Shown: positions 26,057-37,759, counted from the stretch's first letter. The stretch is 64,000 bases of DNA from an uncultured Verrucomicrobiae bacterium (GCA_963707025.1 CAVPOM010000015.1:128001-192000); one strand, 5' to 3'. Made by a program: numbers and translations. Notes: generated from the sequence alone by a model not told the origin.

Positions 26057-28243
26057 ATGACAATTCACGCACTTCTTTTCCGATCTCTTCGCAGTCCGTC
26101 CCTGTCGGCCGTTCTTTTTTTCCTGGCCCTGCCGCCGGCCGTGCGGAGCGCGGAAGATCCCGGCCAACTTCGCCCCTGGCGCGATTATCACGTCATCATG
26201 TGGGTGGGCGACTCGGCCTGGCAACAACCGGCCAAAATTCCGCTCTTCTTTCAGCGGTTGCGCGAAATGGGCGTCAATACTGCCATGGTTTACGGCGACG
26301 GCGACCGCCGGCCGGTGCTGGACAACCACTTCCCCTATTACGTGGAGAACATGGTCAACCGCGGCCTCTGCTTGAAATGGAATTCCAACGTGCGCGATTG
26401 GGACAAGTTTGTCACCGATTGGGCCAAAGCGGGCCGGCCGCAATCGGCCTTCGTGCGCGATTACTGCCTGGACGACCCCGCCTGGCGCGACTGGGCGCGC
26501 GGAGAGATGCAACGCCTCGCCCGCAAAAACCAGGCGGAGGCGCCGCTGGCCTATGACATCCGCGACGAACTGTCCACCACCATCTCCGCCAATCCCTTTG
26601 ACTATGATTTCAATCCGCCCGCCCTGGCCGGTTTCCGCGAGTGGCTCCGCGCCGAATATCGCGATCTGTCCGGACTGAACGCCGAATGGGAAACCGGATT
26701 CCATTCCTGGGACGAGGTTAAACCCTTCAGCACCGACCAGATCAAAAACCGCATGGCCAGCGGCGACGCCCTGCCGCGCGGCCAACCGGACTGGCAGGCG
26801 GTGGAGAGGCTGAAGTTCGATCCCCTCGCCGCGCGGCGAGCCCCCACCCGCTGGAACTTCGCGCCGTGGGCGGATTTCCGGACTTACCAGGATGTCGCCC
26901 TGGCGGGCGCGCTGGCCGGGCTGCGCAACGCGGCGCGCGCCGTGGACCCGCGCACCCCCGTGGGCATCGAAGGCACGCAGATGCCGGCCGCTTTCGGCGG
27001 TTACGATCTCTGGCGGCTGGCGCAGGCGCTGGATTGGGTCGAACCCTATGACATCGCCGACGCGCGCGAAATCTTCGGCTCCTTCATGCCGGGCAAACCC
27101 GTGCTCACCACTGTTTCCGAAAAGGACACCGATCACGCGCGCCGCCGTCTCTGGCACCTTCTCCTGGAAGGCGACCGCGGCTGCATCGTGTGGTGGAGCG
27201 AGGACTGCATTGATTGGAAAAGCGCGGATTGCGCGCTGACGGCGAAAGGCCGGGCGCTGGCCCCCGCCTTGCGGGAAATGACCGGGCCGCTGGCCCAACT
27301 CTTCCTGCGCGCCGGGCGCGTCCGCGATCCCATATTCATCCATTACTCGCAGCCCAGCGTGCAGGTGGATTGGCTGCTTGAATCCACCGTGGACGGTTCG
27401 ACGTGGCCGCGGCGGTTTTCGAGTTTTGAAGCGGAACACAACCGTCAGGCCCGCGTGCGCAACGGCTGGCTCAAGGCCTTTCAAGATTTGGGCTTCTCGC
27501 CCCAGTTCATTTCCTCGGCGGAAATCGAGGCCTGCCGGCTTAAAGAACTTTCCAGCGCCGCGCTGGTGCTCCCCGCCTCGCACGCCCTCTCGGACCGCGA
27601 AGTGGCGGAAATCACCGCCTTCCTCGGCCCTGAGCAAAGCAAGCAACTCACCCGCGCCGTCTTCTGTGATGGTGTGCCCGGCGCGTTTGATCAACACGGC
27701 AAACTGCGCCAGCAAGGCGCGCTGGAGAAGTTTTTCCCCGCCGCCGCCGCGCCCTCGTCGTGCTTCGCCGTTGGCGGCCTGGGCGGGCCGTCATCGCCCG
27801 GTCCCGGCGATGTCGCCCGTTACGCCGCCGGCCGCCTCAGCGCCGCCGCCGCGCCGGAATGGCCCGACTGGCTGCGACGCCAGCTCGGTTCCCTCTCTCC
27901 CGAAATCACCCTGCCCGCCGGCGCCCGCGTGCGGCTTCACCGCTTCCGCGCCGGCCGCGCGCGGCTCATCGCCTTCGAGCGCAACGTGGATTATCAGATG
28001 AGCGAGGACTTGAAACAGGCCGGCGGCAACGAAGCCTTGGAAAAGCCGGTTGAACTGGAAGCCACCTTGTCGCGGTCCGCCCATGTCTTCGACCTGCGCG
28101 CGCAAAAATACCTGGGCCAGACCGATCACCTCCGCTTCACGCTCGATCCCTGGCAGCCGTCCCTCTTCGCCATCACGGAGGAGAAGCTGCCGGCGGAATC
28201 CATCGTGGCCACCCTGGCGCGCGAACTCGCCGACGGAAAGTGA
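26057..28243 (+). CDS. Secreted GH42-like / GH-A glycoside hydrolase domain protein
   Basis: Signal peptide; YDIRDE; FREWLRAEYRDLSGLNAEWET..SWDEV (GH42-type insert); WADFRTY; class I GATase-like middle domain. Confidence 0.65.
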   Translation: MTIHALLFRSLRSPSLSAVLFFLALPPAVRSAEDPGQLRPWRDYHVIMWVGDSAWQQPAKIPLFFQRLREMGVNTAMVYGDGDRRPVLDNHFPYYVENMVNRGLCLKWNSNVRDWDKFVTDWAKAGRPQSAFVRDYCLDDPAWRDWARGEMQRLARKNQAEAPLAYDIRDELSTTISANPFDYDFNPPALAGFREWLRAEYRDLSGLNAEWETGFHSWDEVKPFSTDQIKNRMASGDALPRGQPDWQAVERLKFDPLAARRAPTRWNFAPWADFRTYQDVALAGALAGLRNAARAVDPRTPVGIEGTQMPAAFGGYDLWRLAQALDWVEPYDIADAREIFGSFMPGKPVLTTVSEKDTDHARRRLWHLLLEGDRGCIVWWSEDCIDWKSADCALTAKGRALAPALREMTGPLAQLFLRAGRVRDPIFIHYSQPSVQVDWLLESTVDGSTWPRRFSSFEAEHNRQARVRNGWLKAFQDLGFSPQFISSAEIEACRLKELSSAALVLPASHALSDREVAEITAFLGPEQSKQLTRAVFCDGVPGAFDQHGKLRQQGALEKFFPAAAAPSSCFAVGGLGGPSSPGPGDVARYAAGRLSAAAAPEWPDWLRRQLGSLSPEITLPAGARVRLHRFRAGRARLIAFERNVDYQMSEDLKQAGGNEALEKPVELEATLSRSAHVFDLRAQKYLGQTDHLRFTLDPWQPSLFAITEEKLPAESIVATLARELADGK

Positions 28244-28956
28244 AACGCAACACGCTTATGAATCGTTGGATAAAGCGGGTCTTGTGGGGTCTGGTGGCAC
28301 TGGTGATGGCGCTGGTGGCATTCGTGGCTTATTGTTGGCACTTCTATCCCGCCCATCAGCACTGTATCAAAGAGAGCGGAGTACTCCTTCATTTTTACGA
28401 GGAAGCTCATAATGGGCAGCTTCCCTTTGACACGAACGGTTTCGGCGACGCCTTGATGTTGTTGCTCAAGGGCACAAACGGTGATGCAGAGAACTGGCCT
28501 TTCTTCACAGGTGTCGGCGACGATGGCAGTGTCTTTCGAGCCGCTCTGGTTTCCAGTGCCCATATCCCGGAGGAGAAGTGCAGCCGTGTTTATGTCCAGG
28601 GCTTGAGCGAAACGAACGACCACAACATTGCGATTTTGTTTGACCGATATTCGTCCCCGGGCGGCGACCATTTCCGCCGCCCGTGGGGTCCGATGGTGCG
28701 CGAGGTTTGCCTGCTGGACGGCTCGATGCAGATCGTTGCGGAAGCAGATTGGTCCCGGTTTTCCAGCAACCAGATCGAACTCCTGGTCCAAAACGGCGTC
28801 CCGCGACCCACCGCCCAACACTGCTACGCTTTGACAAAACATGGAACGCGTTATCGTCAATACTATTATTGTCTGCCCCGCCATCTTCTGAACTCTGCCG
28901 CCAGACCGTCTTCTACGGATTTCTTATTTGGAAGAAGCGGCAGGCGGGGCCAATGA
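28240..28956 (+). CDS. Hypothetical pilin-like/DUF1559-like membrane-anchored protein
   Basis: N-terminal TM, C.K..G..L..Y...H.G.LP and late DH...LLDGS motif; GTGA overlap with the upstream gene. Confidence 0.5.
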   Translation: MKRNTLMNRWIKRVLWGLVALVMALVAFVAYCWHFYPAHQHCIKESGVLLHFYEEAHNGQLPFDTNGFGDALMLLLKGTNGDAENWPFFTGVGDDGSVFRAALVSSAHIPEEKCSRVYVQGLSETNDHNIAILFDRYSSPGGDHFRRPWGPMVREVCLLDGSMQIVAEADWSRFSSNQIELLVQNGVPRPTAQHCYALTKHGTRYRQYYYCLPRHLLNSAARPSSTDFLFGRSGRRGQ

Positions 28957-31900
28957 GAACGATGACGCAACAGTTGCCGCCGTTGGTGGTGACGGAGTTG
29001 GTGGCCGGCGACCAGGAAATCGGCGGCGCGAGATTTGTTGTCGTGTATAAATGGCAGTTTTGCGCCCACGCCGGCCAGGTCAGCGCCATGGCGCCCGGCG
29101 CCGACGGCGCCGCCGCGAGCCACAGGGGCCAGGCGCTTACGGTCATCGTGTTTGTCACCGAGGCGGCGCCATCCGAGGCCACCAAAGTGGCGGTGTAGGC
29201 GCCGTTGGCCGCGTAGGTATGCGGCGGATTCTGCAAGGTGGAGGTTGCGCCATCGCCGAATGTCCACAAGTAGGTGTAAGTGGGAACCCCGATGAACTCG
29301 AGCTCATCTAATTGCATGCAGGAGGCGGAGGGCGCATTGGAGACGCTGTTATCTGGAACCGGTAGATGTTGTAGGCCGCCGGGTTGGTGGTCGTGTAAGT
29401 CAGCTTTTGCTCGGAGGCGGTGAAGCTCTGGTTGGTCTGAATATCCAAGGTGGTCCAATTGGTGCCGCCGTTGTTCGAGCCGAGCAGGCGCCAGTTCATC
29501 GGGTTGCGCGCGGGGTAGCTGGCGGCGTCGTTGCCGGAGGTAATGGTGTATTGTGACACCAAGCACTGCGCGTTGTTGGCGTACTGATATTGGATCCAAC
29601 TGGAGCGTGTGGCCGGATCAGCATTGGCGAAATCCAGCCATTTGGTCGTGAGGTTGTCGTCCAACGCATTGGCTATGACCTCGTTGGGCGGGTTATCCCC
29701 TTGCGCGGTGACGGCGCCATAGTGGTCGTCGGTCGTGTCGTAAGGCGTTCTGGCTCCGTTGCCGCCGGCCGCCTGGCCGGTGAACTGAACCAGGAGCGGG
29801 AAGGCGCCGTTGGTGGGTGTCGCCGCCGCCGTGGCGGCCAGGGGCGCGCCGACCGTGATCAGGGTCGTATTGGTCCCGGTGTAGATGCCGCAGGCAACTC
29901 CCAGAGTCACCAGATAAGTTCCATTGTTGCTGTAAGTGTGCTGCGGGTTTTGCGCGGTGGAAGTCGTGCCATCGCCAAAGGACCAGAAGTAGGAATAGGA
30001 TTGCGCGCCGAGCAACTGAATTTCATCCAACTGCACCGAGTTCGCCGCGGGCGCGTTGGAGACACTGTCAATTTGCAACCGGTATATGTTATAGGCGCCG
30101 GGGGTGGCGATATTCCACGCCAGCGTTTGCTCCGAAGCGGTGAAGCTCTGGTTGGTCTGGATATCCAGGGTGGTCCAATTGGTGCCTCCATTGTTCGAGC
30201 CGAGCAGGCGCCAGTTCATCGGGTTGCGCGCCGGGTTGCTGGCCGCATCGTTGCCCGAGGTGAGGGTGTAATTGGTGACCACCTGCTGCAAGTTGTTGGC
30301 GTATTGGTATTGAATCCAACTGGAGCGTGTGGCCGGATGAGCATTGGCGAAATCCAGCCATTTGGTGGTGAGGTCGTCGTCGAACGCATTGGCCATGACT
30401 TCGTTGGGCGGGTTATCCCCTTGCGCCGTGATGGTTCCCTGGTGGTTATCGGTCGTATCCCAAGCTCCGACCGCCGGCGCGCCGCTTCCCTGGCCGCTGA
30501 ACTGAACGGTGAGCGGCGCGTTGGGGCCGCTGCCCGGCATGGCGGTCACGGCCACAGTCAACCCGGGCAGGACTGTCAAGGCCAGCATGGCCTGGCCCGT
30601 CCCGCCATGATTGTCTGTCACCGTCAACAGAAGGCTGTTGGTGCCGATGGGCAGAGTCACGACGGGGTTGGGTCCGGTCGCCAGCACCGTCCCGTTTTCG
30701 GACCAGACATAGGAGACAATCGTTCCGTCAGGATCGGCCGAGCCGCTGCCGTTCAAGGTGACCGTCGCCGTCGTGCCTCCCGGACCCGCGTTGATGGTTT
30801 GGTTCGGGCCGGCCACGGCCCAGGGGAGCTGAGGCTGCGCCAGCGGACCGGCGGCGGCGGCGGTGTCCGGCGTGGTGTTGGTCGTCAGCGTCATGGCGAA
30901 GATGCGGAGGTTGGGTGCGTTGGGCAGCAGCAGCGAATTGGCGTTGGCCGGCAGGTCAAGACGATATTTGAACAGGTAACAGAAATTGTAGGCATCATTG
31001 GCGCCGCTGCCGTCATGCCGGTGCGTGCAGACCCACGCGACCTCGTCACTGGTCACGGAGGGCGGGCACCACTGTCCAATGAAGCCTGTAAAATAGCCGA
31101 CGGTCAGGTTGGTGGTCTGGCCATTGACGGTGAAGGCGCCGGTGGCGGCATTGGAGGCGGCGGCGGCGAGGAGATAAAGATGATCGCAGCCGGCGCCGTT
31201 GAAGGAAATGGTTTGGCCGGTGCAGGACAGAGCGTTGAAGGCGCCGTCGTTGGTCGGACCGATTTGGAACGTCACCCCATCCCGCAGGATGGTTGCCGGC
31301 ATCAACTCGGCTGGATAGGTGTAGCCGCTGTCGAAATTGCCGTCGGTCCGGTTTCCGTCCGTCGAGATGGCGTCCAGGTTGTAGGGCAGGGTCACGGGCG
31401 CGCTGACGGGCTTGGCCAGCAGCGCGCCAGGCGGCGCCACCGTCAGCGCCAAGGTCAGGGGCGAGTACGCTCCCAGCGCGACGGTGAGGGTTCCACCGGC
31501 AGGTGTCAGCGCGGCCAGCGGGCTTTCCGTTCCCGTGACCTGGCGCGCGGCGGTGATGGCGCCGGCGCAAGTCAAGGTGGCGTTCTGGGCCTGCCCCGCC
31601 AATTCTTGCAGGCGCACGATGATTTCGCTGCTGTTCTCGGCTTTCTTGATCGCCTTGACCATGACGTTGGTGTTGTTGCAGAAAAGGAACCCGAAGGTTC
31701 TGCCCAAAGTTCCCGCATGCGGGAGCGTCTGAAAGGCCTGGAGGGGCTGGTTCAAGCGCGCCGCCACCCACGGCGACGGGCCGCTGCGCCAGTCGTTGGT
31801 GTGGCCCAGGACGGCGAAGGTGAAGCGGTGGGTGCCGATGCTGTTGGTGGCCTGGTAGGGGCCATAGCCGCTGGCGCCGGGATCGGGTGTATGAAAAATA

Positions 31901-33993
31901 CTCAGGCGCAGCGTGCTGTTGTCCGGTTTGTCCCAGCCATACTTGCAGTCGTTGAGGATGCTGACGCCGTAGGCGCCATTGGAGCCGGTCAGGTCCGCCC
32001 ATTGTTGCGCCGGCACTTCGTAGCGGCCGCTGGTTTCGTTGGGCCGCTGGATATTGCCCAGGCCAAGATCAAAAGTGGCGTTGGCGTTGGTGACGGCCAG
32101 CGGGAAGGTCAGTTTCAAAAGCGTCTTCAGCGTGCCCCAGTTGACCGAGACATCCCACTCCACCCGCTCGCCCGCGTCCCCGTCCGCCAGGCGGATGCGC
32201 TCGGTGAAGACCGAACCGGCATTGCAACGCGTCACACCCAGACTGACGCGGGCCGGCCCATCTTCCAGAATTTGGCAAACGGGCGTTCCCGTTCCGCCCA
32301 GATAGGACGTGGGAATTCCGGTCACGGTCGAGTATTGGACTTCCCAGTTCGGCCAGCTTGTGCTCAGGTCGTAGAGAAAGGCCCAGCGAATCGGCGCGTG
32401 GAGCAACTCCCGATTGCCGGCCTTGTCGAAGATCGAGTTGACGTCGCCATTGGCGTTGACCTCCACGCGGTAGCGCGCGTTTTCGAGTTGCGAGGTCGAA
32501 ACCGACAAACCGGTGCTCAAGGCGCAGGGTGTGGGCGACGGGCGCACGTCATAGACCGCCGCTCCCATTGCGGGAACGTCCGCCAGAAAAATCACCGGCA
32601 CAAAGTTGTCGGCCGGGGCGCCCATTTGCGAGGGCACTTCGTTGCCGTTCCCATCGAACACCCGCACCGCCGCGGGCAGGCCGCTGGCAAAGGTGACATT
32701 GGCTTCCACGATATCCTGGCGGGTTATGGAAAGCGGATTATACACCAGCAACGGCACTCCTTGAGCGGTGGTGTCCATCGCCTTGGCCAGGACGCCGGCG
32801 CCGTCTGTTTCGACCGCGCCAAATTCATTCAGGGCCAGCAATTCATCGTTCCAGGCAAAGTTATAAGCGGCGGGAATGGCCGTGCCGGTCAGGACATCGT
32901 GAAACTGGCACCAGAGGAAGCTGGTCCAGGCCTTGTTCAGTCTCTCCTGCGGATAAGTCCCGCCGCCTTGCAGCCAGTCGGCCATCACCGCCGCCCGTTC
33001 GGCCGCATCGGCCCGCTGCTCATTTTGGCGGTTGTATTTTTTCATTTCGGCGTGCGCCGTGTAGGTGCCGGTGCCGTGGGTCTGCATGATCAGTTCACCC
33101 TGATAAACCGGCAGAGTGCTTCCTTGCGCGGCCGTCAGGTCGCGGTACATCTGGTCGGACCCGGCGCTCAAGACGTTGAGCAGGCCGTTGGTCGTCGTGA
33201 CGCTTTGTTCCACCCAATTCACCGAACTTGGACTCGGCCCGCCGCCCTGGTCGCCGGTGCCGTAGTAACGGTAGTCGAGGTACAGACCCGTCCGCGCAAA
33301 ATTGTTGCTGATCCGCGACAACTCGCTGGTATCGTTGGCCAAGTTGTCGGAAACGCTGGAATTGTAAGCTCCCGGCTGCAGGACGGCCGTGACGGACGAC
33401 CCATCCGGCCCAACCCATCTCCCAATGTTGGCGAAGGGAATATTGGTCCAGCAACCCCAGGACAATTTTTGCGATGAAAAGCCCTTCAGGCCGCAATGGG
33501 CCGCGACCGACGGCAGCGCGTAGCCGAAGCCAAAGCAGTCGGGAACGAAGATGTCCTCGGTGGTCTTGCCGAACATCTGGCTGTAGTAGTTTTCCGCCAG
33601 GAGGGCGTGGCGCATCAGTGCTTCCGGCGAGGGACTGTTCACGTCCCCGGCCACGACCGCCGCGCCCGCCAGCCGCCAGCGTCCTTGGGCGATGTAGTTG
33701 GTCAGCGTGACAAAGTCCGCCGGGTAGTATTCCTGGGCCAACTGGTAACGCCAGGACTCTTCCCAATTGAAAATGTAATGGGGGTAGGCCGCCAGGAGCG
33801 CAAAATTGGTGTGGAGCGTGGCGGGGATGTAGGAATTGATCGTGTCCTGAATGGTCCAGTTCCATTCATCGTCCAGATGGGCGTCCGCCACCATGTAGAG
33901 GATTTTGTCGTGCGTCGGGTCCAGGGCCTGCACCGGGCTTTGCCCCATGATAACCGCGGCCAACAGGAGGATGTTTTGCGCTCGGATGCCCAC
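28913..33993 (-). CDS. Large secreted GH38 alpha-mannosidase with PKD/Ig-like and galactose-binding-like domains; apparent frameshift near 29350
   Basis: AHLDDEWNW, VPDCFG, GTGDQGGG, QFHDVLTG, LNDCKYG; two tandem 240-aa modules; C-terminus continues in ORF 28913..29599; start inferred. Confidence 0.9.
29130..30570 (-). repeat. Intragenic tandem duplication, 720-bp period
   Basis: Matching blocks at 29701/30421 and 29221/29941 are offset by exactly 720 nt; outer limits approximate. Confidence 0.85.
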
Positions 33994-34126
33994 GCTGGCA
34001 ATCTCATGGACGGCACGCCAAAGTGCTCCCCGAATTTTGTCATTCTCCGGGCGAAAATTGCGTCGCGCCAGAAGGCCTAATTCTGCGAGCCGTGCTTTGC
34101 ATTTGTCGCTTGCCTCCCCTGCCCGG

Positions 34127-34154
34127 TTGACGTTCCCGCGCGCGCGCTTACAAT
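34127..34154 (+). promoter_or_regulatory. sigma70 promoter for the PLD-sulfatase unit
   Basis: TTGACG-N16-TACAAT. Confidence 0.55.
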
Positions 34155-34184
34155 GGCTCCGGCGCGCCGGCATGGCGGAATTAT

Positions 34185-36218
34185 ATGACAAATCACGCAC
34201 CCCTTTTCCGAATCCTGGGCGGTTTGCCGCTGCTGGCGCTTCTGGCCGGTTGCGCCTCCTCCAGCCCCCGCGTGCGTTACCTGGAGGAGATCCGGCCGGC
34301 CAGCTTCACCAACCTCACGGCCTATCGCACGGAGACCAATCTGGAAATCCGCTTCCCGCTCCGCGGCAAGGATGCTTATGCCCACGCCAATTGGCCCCAA
34401 GCCGACACCGGCGGGACCAATTATCAGCGCCGGTTCGCGGTGCTGACTTTCGACAAGGAAAAACCGGCCGCGCGCAAGTCCGCGGTCACTAAAAACAACC
34501 AGGTGGCCATCCGCAACCCGCAACAATGGAAACAGTTGGTGCAAAGAATTTTTGCCGGTCTGGCGCCCGCCGGGCCGGAGCACGGCGTGCTGCTGCTGGC
34601 CGAGAACGAGGAGATCGTCATTTTCCGGGACAAGACGGGCAAACTCGGCGAGGTGAAATTGGAAAACAAACCCCCGGAGATTGTGGTGGACCATACCTAC
34701 AATGACACCGATTTCTCCCGCCTCGCCATCCACCTGCTGGAGACCGGCGTGCTCAATTTGGACCGCAGCCAGTGGCAGTTTTTGTTCGTGACGGGGGAAA
34801 GCCCGGGCATTGTTTTTATGGATTTGCGCGAGCGCCTCGTCGTCTTCCTGGCTTATCCGGGCGACCCGGAGACGCCGGAACTGCCGGCCGCCTTCGCCGT
34901 GCGGGCCTTGAATTCCCTGCTCATCCGCAGCCTTCTCCTCACCGCCGTCAAAAATCCCGTCACCCTCCTGTCGCGCGGCTTCTGGCATCTCGGCACTTCG
35001 GGCGTCGCCGCCATCACCCCCGGCCCGGACAGCCCCGGCGGCCCGCCCCCGCCGCTGGCCACCGGCCCGGGCATGGATTTGGCGGCGTGGGAAAAGGACC
35101 TGGACCGGATCACCTCGGCGCGGCGGTACCAGGGGAAGATCGAATTGTTGATTGACGGGGAACAGTTTTTCCCGGCGTTGATCCAGTCGGTGGAAGGGGC
35201 GGCCCGCAGCGTGGACGCCCAGGTATTCATATTTGACAATGATGAATATGCCGTCAAAATCGCCGACTTGTTGAAGAAGCGTTCCCGGGAGGTCAAGGTC
35301 CGGGTCCTGATGGATGACGCCGGCTCGTTATTCGCCGGGAACGTGGCGCGGGCCACGCCGCCGGCGGCCGGTTCCCAGCGTCCGGCCGACATGGAGGCGT
35401 ATTTGACCTCCGGTTCCCAGGTGCGGGTGCGGGCCACCGCCAACCCTTGGCTGACGATGGATCACCGCAAATGCTTCGTCATTGACGGCCGCCAGGCCTA
35501 CCTGGGCGGCATGAACATCGGCCGCCAGTACCGCTACGAATGGCACGATCTGATGGTGGGCTTGACCGGCCCGGTGGTGGGGCGGCTGGAAAAGGCCTAC
35601 CGCAAGGCCTGGGCGCACGCGGGACCGCTGGGCGATTTTGCCTACGCCTGGGTTTCGCTCTTCCAACCGGCCGCGTCCGGCAAAAACCAGATGCCCGGCG
35701 GCATTGACATCCGGCCCCTGCGCACGGCGACTTTCAAGGCGGAAATTTGCCGCGCCCAACTGGAGGCGATCAACCGGGCCAAAAGCTACATCTATATCGA
35801 GAACGCTTATTTCGATGACAACGCGATCCTGCGCGCCCTGATCCAGGCGCGGCGGCGCGGGGTGGACGTGCGGGTCATTTTTCCCGCGGAAAACGACAGC
35901 GGCATCATGCAAACCAGCGACGAGGTAACCGGAAACGAGCTGCTCGAAAACGGCGCGCGCGTCTATGTCTATCCGGGCATGACGCACGTCAAGGCGGCGA
36001 TTTACGACGGCTGGGCCTGTCTGGGCTCGGCCAATTTCAACAAAATGAGCCTGCGCGTCGGCCAGGAACTGGACGTGGCCTTTTCCGACCCAGCCACGGT
36101 GGACCGCCTGAAGAAGGATCTGTTCGAGACCGATTTCCAGCGCTCGCGGGAACTGACCCAGCCGGTGCCGCTGAACTGGTTTGATTCCTTCGTCAAGGCC
36201 TTTGCCAACGAGTTATGA
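34185..36218 (+). CDS. Lipoprotein phospholipase D / cardiolipin synthase-like protein
   Basis: Lipobox LAGC; two HKD motifs HRKCFVIDG and HVKAAIYDG, with GGMNIG and GSANF. Confidence 0.88.
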   Translation: MTNHAPLFRILGGLPLLALLAGCASSSPRVRYLEEIRPASFTNLTAYRTETNLEIRFPLRGKDAYAHANWPQADTGGTNYQRRFAVLTFDKEKPAARKSAVTKNNQVAIRNPQQWKQLVQRIFAGLAPAGPEHGVLLLAENEEIVIFRDKTGKLGEVKLENKPPEIVVDHTYNDTDFSRLAIHLLETGVLNLDRSQWQFLFVTGESPGIVFMDLRERLVVFLAYPGDPETPELPAAFAVRALNSLLIRSLLLTAVKNPVTLLSRGFWHLGTSGVAAITPGPDSPGGPPPPLATGPGMDLAAWEKDLDRITSARRYQGKIELLIDGEQFFPALIQSVEGAARSVDAQVFIFDNDEYAVKIADLLKKRSREVKVRVLMDDAGSLFAGNVARATPPAAGSQRPADMEAYLTSGSQVRVRATANPWLTMDHRKCFVIDGRQAYLGGMNIGRQYRYEWHDLMVGLTGPVVGRLEKAYRKAWAHAGPLGDFAYAWVSLFQPAASGKNQMPGGIDIRPLRTATFKAEICRAQLEAINRAKSYIYIENAYFDDNAILRALIQARRRGVDVRVIFPAENDSGIMQTSDEVTGNELLENGARVYVYPGMTHVKAAIYDGWACLGSANFNKMSLRVGQELDVAFSDPATVDRLKKDLFETDFQRSRELTQPVPLNWFDSFVKAFANEL

Positions 36219-37720
36219 GCCGCAAAAATATGCAACCGATCACACGCCGTCGTTTTTTGGGCGGGGTCGCCGGGTCGGCGGCGCTGGCCGCGCTGCCGCG
36301 CGCAATGTTTGGGCGGGCATCCGCCGCCGCGACGCGCAAGCCCAATGTCCTGTTCATCATGTCCGACGACATGCGGGTGGAACTGGGGTGTTACGGCAGC
36401 ATGTTCCGGGCGCGCACGCCCAACCTGGACGCCCTGGCCGCCGCCGGGATCAGGTTTGACAGAAATTATTGCCAGTTCCCCCTCTGCAATCCCTCGCGCT
36501 CCTCCATGCTGACCGGGCGGCCGCCGACCGGGACCGGCGTCCTGGGCAACCGGACGGCCTTCCGCGATCTGCATCCGGATTGGGTCAGCCTGCCGCAGTT
36601 GTTCAAGGAAAACGGCTATGTCACCTTGCGCAACGGGAAGATTTACCACAACGGAATTGACGACCCCAAGGCCTGGACCGAGGCCGCCGACCTTGAGGAA
36701 GGCGATGGCGGCGGCGCCACCAAACCCATCCCGGGCCGGGACCCGCTGCCCACTCAAACCAATGCGCCGACCGCGCAGTCCGCGGGCCAGCTCCGCGCGG
36801 CTTACTCGGACCGCATCGTGGTTCTGGAGGGAAACGGCGAAGGGCACGGCGATTATCACACCGCCGACCGCACCATGGCGCACCTGCGGAAATACCGGGA
36901 CCAGCCGTTTTTCCTCGGCTGCGGTTTTGTCAAGCCGCACAGCCCGCCCACCGCGCCGCGGCGGTTCCTGGACTGGTACGATCCGACAAAAATAGAGTTG
37001 ACGCCAGACTTCGCCCCCCGGCCCACGGCGCCGCCCGGATTTCCGGACGCGGCCATCCGCAAGCGCAATGCCGACCTGTTCATCGGGCGCGACGCCGGCG
37101 TGGCCGAAGCCCGCGAAGTCATCCGCGCCTACATCGCCTCGATTTCATGGGTGGACTGGAACATCGGGCGGGTCCTGGGCGAGCTGGACCGGCTGGGCTT
37201 GCGCCAGAGCACCATCATCGTCTTCGTGGCCGATCACGGCTATCAACTGGGCGAGAAGGGAAAATGGTCCAAGGCCGGGTCGCTTTTCGAGATGGGCACG
37301 CGCGTGCCGATGCTGATGGCGGTGCCGGGAGCCAAAGGCAACGGGTCGTCCTGCCCGCGCATCGTGGAATCACTGGACATTTATCCGACGCTGGTGGAAC
37401 TGTGCGGCCTGCCGCCGCCCTCGGGGATCGAGGGCAAAAGTCTGGCGCCCCTGCTGAACAGCCCCGAGGCCGCCTGGGACCGCCCGGCCTACAGCGTCTG
37501 GAGCGAGGACGGCACCAGCTTGCACGGCGTGGCGGTGCGGACCGCGAGGTGGCGCTACGCGGAATTTGGCGCGGAAGGGAAAAACGGGGCCATGCTGTTT
37601 GATCCCAAAGCCGATCCGCTGGAGATGGAGAATTTGGCCGGCGACCCCCAGCACGCGCCCGCGTGCGCCGAGCTTTCCAGGCTGACACGCCAATACGCGG
37701 CCCGTCTTGGGAAAGCTTGA
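36215..37720 (+). CDS. Tat-exported Cys-type sulfatase (iduronate-2-sulfatase-like)
   Basis: TRRRFLG Tat motif, NVLFIMSDD, CNPSRSSMLTG, GKIYH, ADHGYQLGEK. Confidence 0.92.
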   Translation: MSRKNMQPITRRRFLGGVAGSAALAALPRAMFGRASAAATRKPNVLFIMSDDMRVELGCYGSMFRARTPNLDALAAAGIRFDRNYCQFPLCNPSRSSMLTGRPPTGTGVLGNRTAFRDLHPDWVSLPQLFKENGYVTLRNGKIYHNGIDDPKAWTEAADLEEGDGGGATKPIPGRDPLPTQTNAPTAQSAGQLRAAYSDRIVVLEGNGEGHGDYHTADRTMAHLRKYRDQPFFLGCGFVKPHSPPTAPRRFLDWYDPTKIELTPDFAPRPTAPPGFPDAAIRKRNADLFIGRDAGVAEAREVIRAYIASISWVDWNIGRVLGELDRLGLRQSTIIVFVADHGYQLGEKGKWSKAGSLFEMGTRVPMLMAVPGAKGNGSSCPRIVESLDIYPTLVELCGLPPPSGIEGKSLAPLLNSPEAAWDRPAYSVWSEDGTSLHGVAVRTARWRYAEFGAEGKNGAMLFDPKADPLEMENLAGDPQHAPACAELSRLTRQYAARLGKA

Positions 37721-37759
37721 CGCCGGGGCGGGTTGAGGAATTCCCGGCCCGAGACAGGG

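Noticed and set aside
25985..27715. 576-aa minus-strand ORF
   Set aside because: Antisense to the better-supported GH42-like gene
29590..33477. 1295-aa plus-strand ORF
   Set aside because: Antisense shadow of the GH38 gene
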